Notes under the pieces: model-generated | The model's database searches: none | Told to the model about the DNA's origin: nothing | What the model saw: only the letters and a program-made list of their open reading frames with translations | DNA from: Dehalococcoidia bacterium | GTDB taxonomy: Bacteria; Chloroflexota; Dehalococcoidia; Dehalococcoidales; RBG-16-60-22 | Reading direction: 5' to 3' | Assembly: GCA_003141235.1 (NCBI GenBank) | Contig: PLLL01000092.1 | Coordinates: forward strand, 1,891-65,890 | DNA: 64,000 nt | Translations under genes and position numbers: made by a program | Shown here: one piece after another, positions 27,110 through 36,833 of the stretch | Numbering within the stretch: position 1 is the first letter of the stretch | Layout: every line of letters begins with the position of its first letter

Positions 27110-27117
27110 ATATAAAG

Positions 27118-27188
27118 TGGCGATGAAGCTCGCCCAGGACTGTTGACAGCTTCCTGAACCGCTTAAACAAGGCTGATAGCTTCTACTG
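27118..27188 (+). promoter_or_regulatory. fluoride riboswitch aptamer (crcB RNA motif)
   Basis: GGCGAUGAAGCUCGCC...GGCUGAUAGCUUCUACUG parallels the Thermotoga petrophila aptamer GGCGAUGAGGCCCGCC...GGCUGAUGGCCUCUACUG. The pseudoknot pair co-varies (GAAGCU/AGCUUC here, GAGGCC/GGCCUC there). The central helix is longer than in the reference and I could not fold it confidently. Confidence 0.75.
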
Positions 27189-27213
27189 ACCCCAGTACGG
27201 TAGAAGCTTTTTT
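27178..27213 (+). terminator. riboswitch expression-platform intrinsic terminator
   Basis: AGCTTCTAC(27178-86)/GTAGAAGCT(27200-08) is followed by a run of T through 27213. The 5' arm is the same sequence the aptamer needs for its pseudoknot, so the two structures are mutually exclusive. Confidence 0.75.
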
Positions 27214-27259
27214 ATTGCCTGCCGTTGCGGGGTATTCCGAAATAACGGGAGGCAACAAA

Positions 27260-28453
27260 ATGAGTGATAGTCTCATCCCTCTAGTCATGGGAGTCATCGT
27301 TCTCGCCGCCAGTCTCGTTTCGCTAAAATTGGGATTATCAGTAGCCATCATTGAGATTATTCTTGGAGCAGTCGGCGGTTCTCTAGGTCTGCATACGCAG
27401 GACTGGATGACCTACTTGGCAAGCTTCGGTGGTATCATTCTAACTTTTCTTGCGGGCACCGAGATTGATACCAAATTAATGAAAGAGAAGTTCAAAGAGA
27501 GCTTTCTCATCGGTATTTTTTCCTTTTTAGCTCCTTTCGTGGTTGTAGTCGGGTATACCTACTTCATTGCTCATTGGAGTCTGCAAGCGTCTTTACTGGC
27601 GGGAACAGCCCTTTCCACAACCTCGTTGGCTGTTGTCTATTCCGTACTGGTAGAGACAGGTCTGGCAAAGACTCAAGTTGGCAAATTGCTGATGGCTTCT
27701 ACATTCGTTACGGATATGGGTACAGCACTGGCGTTGAGCATTATATTTATTAAGCCCACGCTATATACCCTGGTATTCATCGTTGTTTCCATTGTGGTTA
27801 TAGTCTTTGCCACCAAGTTCTCTCATCTGGTATTTGATAATCCAAGGCTCAAGAATAAGGTCGTGGAGCCGGAAATCAAGTACCTGTTCCTACTACTGCT
27901 TGCTTTTATGTATTTTGCCCAGATAGGCGATGGTCAGGCTGTCTTGCCTGCATTTATCCTAGGACTGTTAATGTCGCCTCACTTCAGGGAGTCATCGGGC
28001 ACGAAGTCGGTCAGAGACAAGCTGCGCACTGTAGCCTACGCTATAATCACGCCGATTTTCTTCATTGTTGGTGGTTTAAGAGTCTCTTTCCCATTGATTT
28101 TCTCGGCTTTGGGTCTTTTCCTGATTCTGTTTGGTCTGAAACTGGCAAGTAAGTTCGTTGGTGTGTTCTTCCTGTCTAAAAAATATATTCCCCAAGGGGC
28201 TATGTATACAACCCTTTTAATGAGCACTGGTCTTACATTTGGTACTATTGCCAGTGTCTTCGGGCTGACCTCCGGAATCATCAACCAGGTACAGTATTCC
28301 TTGCTGGTTGGCGTGGTCATCGCCAGTGCTGTGATACCCACGTTTATTGCTCAAAAGTGGTTTATGCCAGCGCATTCTGAAGACTTGGTGGAGTTAAATG
28401 GCAACGAAAACAGCGGTGGAAATGACAGCAAGCGGGTTACAGACAACATTTAA
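27260..28453 (+). CDS. cation:proton antiporter (Na+/H+ exchanger family)
   Basis: About 11 TM helices and the typical CPA N-terminus (LVMGVIVLAASLVS...GAVGG). I place the start at ATG 27260 (GGAGG 7 nt upstream) rather than TTG 27215, which lies next to the terminator U-tract. Confidence 0.8.
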   Translation: MSDSLIPLVMGVIVLAASLVSLKLGLSVAIIEIILGAVGGSLGLHTQDWMTYLASFGGIILTFLAGTEIDTKLMKEKFKESFLIGIFSFLAPFVVVVGYTYFIAHWSLQASLLAGTALSTTSLAVVYSVLVETGLAKTQVGKLLMASTFVTDMGTALALSIIFIKPTLYTLVFIVVSIVVIVFATKFSHLVFDNPRLKNKVVEPEIKYLFLLLLAFMYFAQIGDGQAVLPAFILGLLMSPHFRESSGTKSVRDKLRTVAYAIITPIFFIVGGLRVSFPLIFSALGLFLILFGLKLASKFVGVFFLSKKYIPQGAMYTTLLMSTGLTFGTIASVFGLTSGIINQVQYSLLVGVVIASAVIPTFIAQKWFMPAHSEDLVELNGNENSGGNDSKRVTDNI

Positions 28454-28628
28454 GAAAAATCATTAATATAAATAAATGCACCAGCTATAATAAGGCTGGC
28501 ATTCTATTCAATAAATATCGGGCTCCCGCTGAGCTCAAACTGGAGCTTCGTTGTAACACAAATATCGCGGTGATATAATACTTCTATTGTGCTACTAAAT
28601 ATTAGTCGAGAATAACCGGGGGTAAGGT

Positions 28629-29378
28629 ATGGCTGAGGAATTCATGATTGCAAAAGACCTCCATAAAAGCTTTGGTGATTTTAAGGCTGTTAACGGCGTT
28701 TCTTTCTCCATCAATAAGGGAGAAATCTTCGGTCTCCTCGGGCCTAACGGCGCGGGAAAAACGACCACCATCCGCATGCTGTCCACCGTCCTCGCGCCGG
28801 ATAGCGGCCAAATAATCATCGGCGGCCATTCCATGAAAAGCGAAGCCGAGGCTATCCGCAGCATTATTGGCGTCTGCCCGCAGGACCTGGCGCTTTATGA
28901 AGACCTTTCCGCCATCGATAACATGATATTTTTCGGGCGGATGGCGGGATTAAATAGCCAGGACGCCCGCACCCAGGCTATGGCCAACCTCAAACTCATG
29001 GGGCTGGAAGAGCGGGCCAAGGGGAAAGTAGCCAAGTTTTCCGGAGGCATGAAGCGCCGCATCAACCTGGCTATCGCTTTGATGGGCAACCCGCAGCTTC
29101 TCTTCCTTGACGAGCCGACCGTCGGCATCGACCCGCAATCACGCAATAATATTTACGAGAACATTCTTGGCCTACAAAAAAAAGGCATGACCGTCCTGTA
29201 TACTACCCACTACATGGAGGAAGCCGACCGCATCTGCCAGCGCGTCGCCATCATGGACGGCGGTAAGATTATAGCCATGGATACCCCGTATCAACTAAAG
29301 TCGCAACTCGGTTCGCCGGATAAAGTCACCCTGGAAGACGTGTTTTTAAAGCTGACCGGCCGCAGTTTGCGCGATTAA
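28629..29378 (+). CDS. ABC transporter ATP-binding protein (ABC-2/DrrA type)
   Basis: Walker A GPNGAGKTT, signature FSGGMKRR, Walker B LLFLDEP. Confidence 0.92.
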   Translation: MAEEFMIAKDLHKSFGDFKAVNGVSFSINKGEIFGLLGPNGAGKTTTIRMLSTVLAPDSGQIIIGGHSMKSEAEAIRSIIGVCPQDLALYEDLSAIDNMIFFGRMAGLNSQDARTQAMANLKLMGLEERAKGKVAKFSGGMKRRINLAIALMGNPQLLFLDEPTVGIDPQSRNNIYENILGLQKKGMTVLYTTHYMEEADRICQRVAIMDGGKIIAMDTPYQLKSQLGSPDKVTLEDVFLKLTGRSLRD

Positions 29379-29385
29379 CCGGCAT

Positions 29386-30576
29386 ATGAAAAGAGCTTTA
29401 TTAATCACCCTGAATGAAATACGCCTGTTTATCCAGGACAAAGGCGACCTGGCCTTCGGCATTCTCCTGCCTATTGTGACCTTCGCCCTGATGTACGGCG
29501 CTTTCGGGGGACAGACCTTATTTACGGCCACTGCCCGCGTCGTGGACGAAGATAAAGGCGCTTACTCCACGATCCTTATCAATCAGCTGGATCAGGTCCA
29601 GGGCATCAGCATTGAAAATCTTACCCTCCAGGAAGCCAACTCGAAGCTGGAAAGGTCCGATTTAACACTGGTGCTGTATATACCCGCCGGGTTCTCGGAC
29701 ACTCTGGCGTCCGGCGGAAAAGCCGAGCTGACCTTTATGCAGCGGGGCAACGGCGGCCAGGACGGCCAGATTCTGGCGAGCATTATCCGCGGCGTGGCCG
29801 AACGGATGAATCAGCAGTTCCAGGTAGCTTACCAGGTGAGCAACCAGGTTACGAATAACCTCGGAAATAACGTAGTCTCTCAAGGCCGCATCAAAGCTGT
29901 TGTCGCGGAAATGCTGAACGAAGAAAATAAGCAACCCACGGTAGCCGTCACCGAAGAAGTGACTGGCGGCAGCCCCGACTTCGTCAATCAGTACGTACCC
30001 GGCATCGTTACGATGTACGTCCTCTTTTCGCTGACCTTGAGCGCCCGGGCGATAGTCGAGGAGCGTAAGCGGGGCACCCTGGAGCGTCTCTTGACCACCC
30101 GGCTCAGCCCGGGGGAGCTGTTCTTCGGCAAGTTCCTGGCCAGCATCGGCCGGGGATTTTTACAGACCGTCATTCTCATGAGCCTGGCTTACGCTGTTTT
30201 CCAGGTATTCACGCCCCTGTCTTTCCTGGCGTCTATCTTTGTCATACTTATTTTTGCGGCGGCGGCCTCGGCGGTGGGCATGATTATTGCCTCGGTCGCC
30301 CGCACTGAAGACGCGGCAACATGGATTGGCGTTGTTTTCACGATGTTAATGACCATGCTGGGCGGCACCTTCTTCGCGGTGACGAAAGGCTCGGTGCTGG
30401 AGATTATCGGCAGGTTCTCGCTTAATACCTATGCCAATGACGCTATCAGGACGGTAATTAACAGCGGCGGCTCTCTATCCGGCACCGGGCGGGCGTTTAT
30501 AGTGATGGGCGGCGTCATCGTCGTCGGGCTGGTGGTCAGCCGCCTTATATTCAGGGCTGTTCCGGGGGGTAAGTAA
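29386..30576 (+). CDS. ABC-2 type transporter permease
   Basis: An N-terminal TM, a large extracytoplasmic loop and a C-terminal six-TM bundle (EERKRGTLERLL motif). Confidence 0.85.
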   Translation: MKRALLITLNEIRLFIQDKGDLAFGILLPIVTFALMYGAFGGQTLFTATARVVDEDKGAYSTILINQLDQVQGISIENLTLQEANSKLERSDLTLVLYIPAGFSDTLASGGKAELTFMQRGNGGQDGQILASIIRGVAERMNQQFQVAYQVSNQVTNNLGNNVVSQGRIKAVVAEMLNEENKQPTVAVTEEVTGGSPDFVNQYVPGIVTMYVLFSLTLSARAIVEERKRGTLERLLTTRLSPGELFFGKFLASIGRGFLQTVILMSLAYAVFQVFTPLSFLASIFVILIFAAAASAVGMIIASVARTEDAATWIGVVFTMLMTMLGGTFFAVTKGSVLEIIGRFSLNTYANDAIRTVINSGGSLSGTGRAFIVMGGVIVVGLVVSRLIFRAVPGGK

Positions 30577-30581
30577 AAGAT

Positions 30582-31835
30582 ATGAAACAGCTTGAGCGTG
30601 TATGGCTTATCGCCCTGAAAGACCTGAAGATATTCATGAACGACCGCACTGCTGCCTTCTTCTTTATCATTTTCCCTTTAATGTTCATTGTCCTGTTCAA
30701 CACAGTGATGAAAGGCATCGGCGGTGAGGACACAAGGCTGGAGCTGCATCTGGCTACACAGGAGGCCGCCGGCAGCCTGAGCTACCATATACTCGGCGCC
30801 ATGGAGACCACGGACGAGTCCCTCCTTAAACCCGGCGACCCGAAAATAGTCTGGGACAAAGACTATGATGCGGCCCGCCAGGCCGTGGAAAACAAGAAAC
30901 TGGCCGGCTTCATCGCTTTTCCGGCTGATTTCACTCAAGCGCTGAGTTCCGGCAACAGCACTAGCCTCGAAGTTTATGCCGATGCCGGGAATATTAACGC
31001 CCGGGCGGCCCTGAACGGTCTGGCCGGAGCTATCTCTTCCCAGATAGGCACGAACGAGGTCATCATCAAGGCCAGTGTCGCCCTTCTTATCGAAGGCGGC
31101 GTCATTTCACCCACAGATTCGGCGGGTATCAATAAAGCTGTCCAGCAGATGATGACCGGGTATTTTTCCGGTGCTACTAATACCGGGGCATCTTACATCA
31201 CCTTCAAGACGGACAAGGTTGGTGAGGTCGTGGCGATGAACCCGTCTAACTACGTTGTCCCCGGCTATCTGGTGATGTTCGTTTTCTTTGCTTCCGCCAT
31301 TATGGCGGAGTCAATCGTCCGGGAGCGCAAGAACCACACCCTTGAGCGGCTGCTGGCCAGCTCGGTCAGGCGGGAGGCTATACTGGGGGGTATCTTTACC
31401 GGCGCGGCTATCAGAGGACTGATTCAGATAGTGATATTCTGGGGGGTGGGTATCCTGGTGTTTCACGTGGATATGGGGCTTTCGCCGGCTGCGGTGATTA
31501 TCCTCTCCATCCTCATGGTGATAATGTCTGCGGCGTTTTCCCTGATGCTGGCGACTCTGGCCCGGACGCAGCGCGCCGCCGGTTCTCTGGCGGTCATTAC
31601 TTCGCTGGTGCTGGCGCCCCTCGGCGGGTGCTGGTGGCCGCTTTTCCTTTACCCGCAGTGGCTGCAGAATATCGCTAAAATAACACCCCACGCCTGGGCG
31701 ACGGACGGATTCAATAAGATAATGGTTTTCGGGGCCGATTTCGGCGCCGCCGTGCCGAGCATGATAGCGCTGCTGGCCTTCGCGCTGCTATTCGGTTTGA
31801 TAGCCGTCTGGCGCTTCCGCACCAGTGCTACGTGA
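30582..31835 (+). CDS. ABC-2 type transporter permease (paralog)
   Basis: Same architecture as 29386..30576 (RERKNHTLERLL motif). Confidence 0.85.
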   Translation: MKQLERVWLIALKDLKIFMNDRTAAFFFIIFPLMFIVLFNTVMKGIGGEDTRLELHLATQEAAGSLSYHILGAMETTDESLLKPGDPKIVWDKDYDAARQAVENKKLAGFIAFPADFTQALSSGNSTSLEVYADAGNINARAALNGLAGAISSQIGTNEVIIKASVALLIEGGVISPTDSAGINKAVQQMMTGYFSGATNTGASYITFKTDKVGEVVAMNPSNYVVPGYLVMFVFFASAIMAESIVRERKNHTLERLLASSVRREAILGGIFTGAAIRGLIQIVIFWGVGILVFHVDMGLSPAAVIILSILMVIMSAAFSLMLATLARTQRAAGSLAVITSLVLAPLGGCWWPLFLYPQWLQNIAKITPHAWATDGFNKIMVFGADFGAAVPSMIALLAFALLFGLIAVWRFRTSAT

Positions 31836-31843
31836 AGGAGTCC

Positions 31844-34696
31844 TCAATTACCGGATATAACGTAGTGATCGGTACTGCCGATGACGGTCTTGCTGCGCAC
31901 GGAAATAATGATATATACCAGGTTCCAGGCATCCTGGCCGGAATAAAAATCCAGGTGCAATCTGGTATCATTCGGCGTCAATATGTTTTCGCTCCAGAGC
32001 ACATCGAAGGTATCAACGTCCACGCCCTGATAGCTCAATCCCGGTGACGCCGAGTTCCACACGTTGTATGCAGGGCTCGCACTATTGGAAAGGTATTTGC
32101 TTAACCCGGACTGCTGACCTGTAATTAGCAGACAATCTGTATGCGCTGAATATGGTGTCTGAGTACTGTATAGCCACTCATCACCTTCGCCGACGAAGCA
32201 GGTAATCCTGGCGGCCACCGTTTCCGTGATGGCGCCCTGCCTGTTCCTTATCGGTTCCGGGATAATGAAGTTGGTAATGTCCCCGCCCGCCACGCCGTCG
32301 CCATCGAAGTCCAGGTCGGTATATCCCGGGTTGTAGGAGAACACATCGCGGAGGTAGAGGTAATGCCCCGCCGTCTCCGGGCTGAAATAGATGACGATGA
32401 GAGACCAGCCGGCATAGGAAACCTGCTCGCCGGGGTCTGCCTGCACATCACCGACAGTGTACTTAGAGTTACCGGTGTGGTGCTGTTCTTCGGCTACAAC
32501 CGGGTACTTTTTTACCAATTTGGATACATCCTGGTGACACGCATAGGAAAAGCCGTACCCCGGATTAAGCATGACGGAGGAATCAGAGGCTGTCAGCAGC
32601 TGCGCGCCCGCTTGGGGGTCGCCGTTAGCATCCAGGTAGACCCGCTGGTCGTTGATGCTGAAAGTAATTGATGTATCAGGAGCCCTGACAATTATTTTTA
32701 TATTATCAATATTACAATATTGACCGGCGCCGCTCATGCCGACCAGGTAAAACCTCATTTTGAAATTGTTTGTTATTATCCCGCTGGAGATAACGTATTT
32801 TAATGTAGTTGGAGAGCTGGTAAGATTAGCACTGGTGCCGGCGATGATATTGCTGCTCCAGGCGCTGCCGTCGTAATAGGCGAAGTCCAGACCGTCGCTG
32901 GCGGAATATTGAGGAGTTATTGTGATATTGTCGAGATAGCAGTATTTCCCGGAGCCAAAACCATCAAGGTAAAACCGGATTTTAAAACCGCTGGAAAAAT
33001 AACCGGTAGGGACGGCGAAAGTAAATGTCGTTTGGGTGGTAGTAAGATTAGCGCTGCTGGCGACGGTGTAATTGCCGCTCCAGGATGTCCCGTTATAGAT
33101 ATTAAAATAAAGATGGTCGCCGGAGCCTAAAGCAGTGCTGCCTCTCCATTGGTCCCAGGAAACCGTTGCGGCAGCGTAGCCGTTCAGGTTTGCGCTATTT
33201 GTCAGGGTCAGGGTTCTCGCCGCGTCGCCCACGCTGCTGTATTGACCACGAAAACTGTTGGAGTGGACACCCCAGGCTGTGGGGCTGCCAACAGTCCAGT
33301 TGGTTAAGCTGGAGCAGCCGTCGGATAATATATCTGTTAGAGAAGCCACCGACTGATCCCAGGAGATTTCATACGCCGTCCCCGAGGGGGAATCTATACT
33401 GTGGCTCATGGTGAGATACCTGCGGGAGTCAGCCCCGGTGTGCTGCCCACGATAAGTATTGGAATAATAGGCCCAGTCACCGCCGTTAGTCCATGAGTTG
33501 GTCAAATTGGTGCTGGTGCAGGCGTCTGAAAACACCTGGTTGTCATTCCGGAACCCTGACCAGTAGAGGTAGGCGGCAAGCACATCGGCATCAGCGGGAA
33601 TACTCGAAAGGGTGGTATCGCTGGAAGCATGCCAGGTGTCTTTAACATGGTTGACCCATGTGCGGGTGCTGCTGTCCCACTCGGCTACATCATCTGTCAT
33701 CAATGAGTTCCCTATCGCCACATAGTCTCCGGCTACGGCATTGTTCAGGTCGCGCAGTTCTAGCTTGGATGTGTAGGCTTCAACCTTGGTGCCGCCGGCT
33801 ATCGAGGTGATTTTATAAATTCGCGTATCCACATCCCAGGAAATAGGGACATCGTTAGACTTTTGAACACCAAAAGCGTCGGTCATTTGCGTCGTTACCC
33901 ACGCGATGCCGGCGGGCATTTTAGTAGGGTCGGTCGAAGGCGGCGTGTAGTTGAAGCTGATGGTGGAGGTCAGAGTTCCGTTATCGGAGACGAAGTTGGG
34001 GAAGAGAGTGAAAAGCGGATAATCGGGGGGGTTGTAGCTCCAGACGATAGCCTGACCGCCGCAATGGTCTGAAACGCTGACAGAATCCGGGTGACAATCC
34101 GCGAAGATACTTGCTTGTTCCAGACTGCTGGAGCCGGTCACGTAGGTGAATCCCTGCGGCAGCCAGACTCCCACTGATTTAATCGTTAAATTATCGGTAG
34201 CAGCCGGAACGAAGTCTATCTTGATATGATACGGCTGGCCGGGCACAGCCCCGGCCGTGTCTGATACCGCCAGCTTCCCGGATTCAATCATGGTCATGGC
34301 CTGGTCGGCGCTTAAACTAAAACTACCCAGCGTTGCATTACTCGGTATCCAGACATTTTCGATAGTCACGTTTGTCGTCAGGCCGTTTACCGGGCCGGCT
34401 AAATCGTACGAAGCGTTGGTGCTGAAATCGTAATTGTAGCTATCCTCATCGAATAATGGCTCTAGCCCTTCGTATTTTATCCGCCATATTCCGTCCTCAA
34501 TCCCGGCATCGGCGGCGTAAAGCGCTTTGGTTTTATCCTCGTATTTAACACCGGTCTTGAGAGATGTCCCGATTTGATCCAGGACCGGGATCAAGGTGAG
34601 ACTGCCCAGGAGAAGAAATATCAGCACCAGTATCAGTGCCTGACCTGTTTGGCCTGATAGCAACCTGGCCGGAATAATACCTGCTCTTCTTTTCAT
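31844..34696 (-). CDS. 950-aa pilus-associated modular protein: PilX-N-like anchor, repeated beta-sandwich modules and a large C-terminal domain
   Basis: The N-terminal GQALILVLIFLLLGSL...ALYAADAGIEDGIW resembles the PilX N-terminal domain. Internal repeats include ...FKIRFYLDGFGSGKYCYLDNITI / ...FKMRFYLVGMSGAGQYCNIDNIKI, plus two W..Y.G....R.LT....SWDQ modules. The C-terminal part contains AGWSLIVIY and DFDGDGVAGGD. It is the last gene of the pilin operon. Confidence 0.65.
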   Translation of the reverse strand: MKRRAGIIPARLLSGQTGQALILVLIFLLLGSLTLIPVLDQIGTSLKTGVKYEDKTKALYAADAGIEDGIWRIKYEGLEPLFDEDSYNYDFSTNASYDLAGPVNGLTTNVTIENVWIPSNATLGSFSLSADQAMTMIESGKLAVSDTAGAVPGQPYHIKIDFVPAATDNLTIKSVGVWLPQGFTYVTGSSSLEQASIFADCHPDSVSVSDHCGGQAIVWSYNPPDYPLFTLFPNFVSDNGTLTSTISFNYTPPSTDPTKMPAGIAWVTTQMTDAFGVQKSNDVPISWDVDTRIYKITSIAGGTKVEAYTSKLELRDLNNAVAGDYVAIGNSLMTDDVAEWDSSTRTWVNHVKDTWHASSDTTLSSIPADADVLAAYLYWSGFRNDNQVFSDACTSTNLTNSWTNGGDWAYYSNTYRGQHTGADSRRYLTMSHSIDSPSGTAYEISWDQSVASLTDILSDGCSSLTNWTVGSPTAWGVHSNSFRGQYSSVGDAARTLTLTNSANLNGYAAATVSWDQWRGSTALGSGDHLYFNIYNGTSWSGNYTVASSANLTTTQTTFTFAVPTGYFSSGFKIRFYLDGFGSGKYCYLDNITITPQYSASDGLDFAYYDGSAWSSNIIAGTSANLTSSPTTLKYVISSGIITNNFKMRFYLVGMSGAGQYCNIDNIKIIVRAPDTSITFSINDQRVYLDANGDPQAGAQLLTASDSSVMLNPGYGFSYACHQDVSKLVKKYPVVAEEQHHTGNSKYTVGDVQADPGEQVSYAGWSLIVIYFSPETAGHYLYLRDVFSYNPGYTDLDFDGDGVAGGDITNFIIPEPIRNRQGAITETVAARITCFVGEGDEWLYSTQTPYSAHTDCLLITGQQSGLSKYLSNSASPAYNVWNSASPGLSYQGVDVDTFDVLWSENILTPNDTRLHLDFYSGQDAWNLVYIIISVRSKTVIGSTDHYVISGN

Positions 34697-34711
34697 ATCA
34701 ATTCCTGTTTT

Positions 34712-35239
34712 TTACAATTGAGGCCGGGCGGTCATTTCGCGTACCCTGGTTACATTAACAACTTTAGAACCTTCGCCGACGCTGCTGGTAATTGTTAAAA
34801 TCAGTGTCCCGTTATTTGATGTGCAATTAGTCAGATTTGGATTGGAGTTGATGTATCCGGCAACCAGAGTATCGGTGCTCTGGCCGTTAACCGTATAGGT
34901 ACGAAGGAGATTGCCGTTTTGCAGAGAGTAGGTGGCATTATATGAGCTGTTATTCCAGTCTTCCCAGGCCAGAGAGAGGTTAGCCGTTTGAGGAAAACCT
35001 GCGGAGCCGCTGACAGTCTGTGCCATCTGGGCGTCCCGGCCTATCCATAATGCGGCATTCATCGCGTTACGGCTGGCGGCGGTATAGTCATTATTCCTGG
35101 AAGTCTCATTAAGCACCTGGAAGATGCACGTAGCAGCGCCGAGCCCGATGAAACCCGTAATCGCCAGGCTGACCATTACTTCAAGCAGCGTAAAGCCTGA
35201 CTTGTTTTTATAGAATAGCTTTGTTTTATGGAATATCAT
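34712..35239 (-). CDS. prepilin-type N-terminal cleavage/methylation domain protein (minor pilin-like)
   Basis: Leader MIFHKTKLFYKNKSG followed by FTLLEVMVSLAITGFIG (class III signal). Confidence 0.8.
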   Translation of the reverse strand: MIFHKTKLFYKNKSGFTLLEVMVSLAITGFIGLGAATCIFQVLNETSRNNDYTAASRNAMNAALWIGRDAQMAQTVSGSAGFPQTANLSLAWEDWNNSSYNATYSLQNGNLLRTYTVNGQSTDTLVAGYINSNPNLTNCTSNNGTLILTITSSVGEGSKVVNVTRVREMTARPQL

Positions 35240-35580
35240 TGCCGGTTCACCTTATAGCTCTCAAGCGTTAAGATCTCACGGCCACGACGCTGGACGGCGA
35301 TAGTTATATCCTGGATATTGTTATTCTCCACCGTGGTAACATTGGCGGTATACCCGGCAAACTGACTGGGTATCGTAGGGGTGTACGAGGGATCATAAGG
35401 CTGTTTCTTAATATTGTCCATGAGGGTTTCGGCCAGGGTTTTCCCGGAGGCCCTTTCATCAGCGGTAACGCGCGCCGTAGAGGTTGCCGCTAAACCGCTC
35501 ATGAAGGACGCGCTGATAATGCCCAGGATGGCCAGGGCCAGCACCGTCTCCAGCAGCGTCATCCCTTTTTCGCCTCTCAT
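35236..35580 (-). CDS. prepilin-type N-terminal cleavage/methylation domain protein (minor pilin-like)
   Basis: I place the start at MRGEKG (35580), followed by MTLLETVLALAILGI. A 4-bp overlap joins it to the next pilin gene. Confidence 0.75.
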   Translation of the reverse strand: MRGEKGMTLLETVLALAILGIISASFMSGLAATSTARVTADERASGKTLAETLMDNIKKQPYDPSYTPTIPSQFAGYTANVTTVENNNIQDITIAVQRRGREILTLESYKVNRQ

Positions 35581-35780
35581 TGTTTCCTTTTCCTGCGCCG
35601 AAAAAGCCATTACGTAAAAAAACATAATAGCTTTGGGTAGAAGTACCCTGGATTTATTATTCGCCGGCGGGTGTCCGGCGTATATAGTAAATTCGTCACA
35701 CCATACCGGTTACTAAGGTCATACCGGAGCTGTTTACTGTGCTTAGAGATTGTTCAAAAATATTCTATCTTGTCCCGTCT

Positions 35781-36800
35781 CTAGGCTTTTAATGAATTTA
35801 CTATGGGCGTTTTAAGGAAAGCTTTCACCACAGCCGGGTCAAACTGGGTGCCGGCGCAGCGTACAACCTCGGCAAGAGCTGCACTTATCGGCATGGAGGA
35901 CCGGTACGGCCGGTCTGATGTCATCGCATCGAAGGAGTCAGCGGTAGCCAGGATTCTGGCGCCGAGGGGTATATTTTCACCGGACACTTTCTGGTTGAGA
36001 CCGCTGCCGTCATAACTGTCATGGTGATGTTTAATAACCTCGATTATTTTATCGTTGACCAGCGGCTGAACGATGCTGGGGCCGATGACGCAATGTGTCA
36101 GGATAATATCATATTCTTCCGGGGTAAGCACGCCCGGTTTATTCTGGATATTCGGATCAATACCTATTTTCCCTATATCATGAAGGAGGGCGGCCCAGCG
36201 TAAATTGTCCAGGTCCTCGCCTTTCAGCCCCATCGCAATCGCTGTTTCCATAGCTATCTTGGTTACCCGGCGTGAATGACCGGCGGTGTATTTATCCTTG
36301 GCCTCCAGGGCGCTTACCAGCGATTCGACCGCATCGATGAAGAGTTTCTGGAGTTCTTTGGCCTGTTCTTCAATTTTACCTTCCAGTACCTGGCTTTTCG
36401 CTCTAAGGTTTAACTCCAGCTTTCTCTTTTCCAGCGCCATGTTGATATTGCTCACGAGCTCATCGATATCATAAGGCTTGGTGATATAGTCGTGCGCCCC
36501 GTTCTTCATGCATTTCACAATCGTATCCGGCTCGACGACGGCTGTTGCCATGACAACGGCTGTATCCGGGTAAGACTTTTTCAGGCGGGGTAGAAAGTCA
36601 CTTCCTGAGGTACCCGGCATCATGATATCCAGAATCACCAGGTCTGCCGGTTTATTTTTCAGCGACTCCATCGCTTCGTCGGCGCTGCCGGCTTCGGCGC
36701 AGGAAAAACCTCTAAGCGTCAGGCACCTGTTAAGGCCTCTCCTCACCGTTTTTTCATCATCGACGATGAGAATATTCTCTTTCTGAAGTGTTATAACCAT
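35781..36800 (-). CDS. response regulator with HD-GYP-like (HD superfamily) output domain
   Basis: A REC domain (ILIVDDE...DLVILDIMMPG) plus an HD domain (GHSRRV...LLHDIGKIGI...HHDSYDGSGLNQ...DAMTSDRPYR). The GYP triplet is replaced by GLN. Confidence 0.8.
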   Translation of the reverse strand: MVITLQKENILIVDDEKTVRRGLNRCLTLRGFSCAEAGSADEAMESLKNKPADLVILDIMMPGTSGSDFLPRLKKSYPDTAVVMATAVVEPDTIVKCMKNGAHDYITKPYDIDELVSNINMALEKRKLELNLRAKSQVLEGKIEEQAKELQKLFIDAVESLVSALEAKDKYTAGHSRRVTKIAMETAIAMGLKGEDLDNLRWAALLHDIGKIGIDPNIQNKPGVLTPEEYDIILTHCVIGPSIVQPLVNDKIIEVIKHHHDSYDGSGLNQKVSGENIPLGARILATADSFDAMTSDRPYRSSMPISAALAEVVRCAGTQFDPAVVKAFLKTPIVNSLKA

Positions 36801-36833
36801 TTTTCTCCCTTCATGGCCGCCTGGATTCCGGTT

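Noticed and set aside
27215-27259. TTG start of the antiporter ORF as given in the track. Similar 5' extensions of track ORFs start at 62789, 13097, 35625, 52339, 55024, 63126, 63350 and 17468.
   Set aside because: In each case the extension lacks a ribosome-binding site and runs into a terminator, a promoter or the upstream gene. An internal ATG with a good Shine-Dalgarno sequence, or a functional signal such as a prepilin leader, is available.
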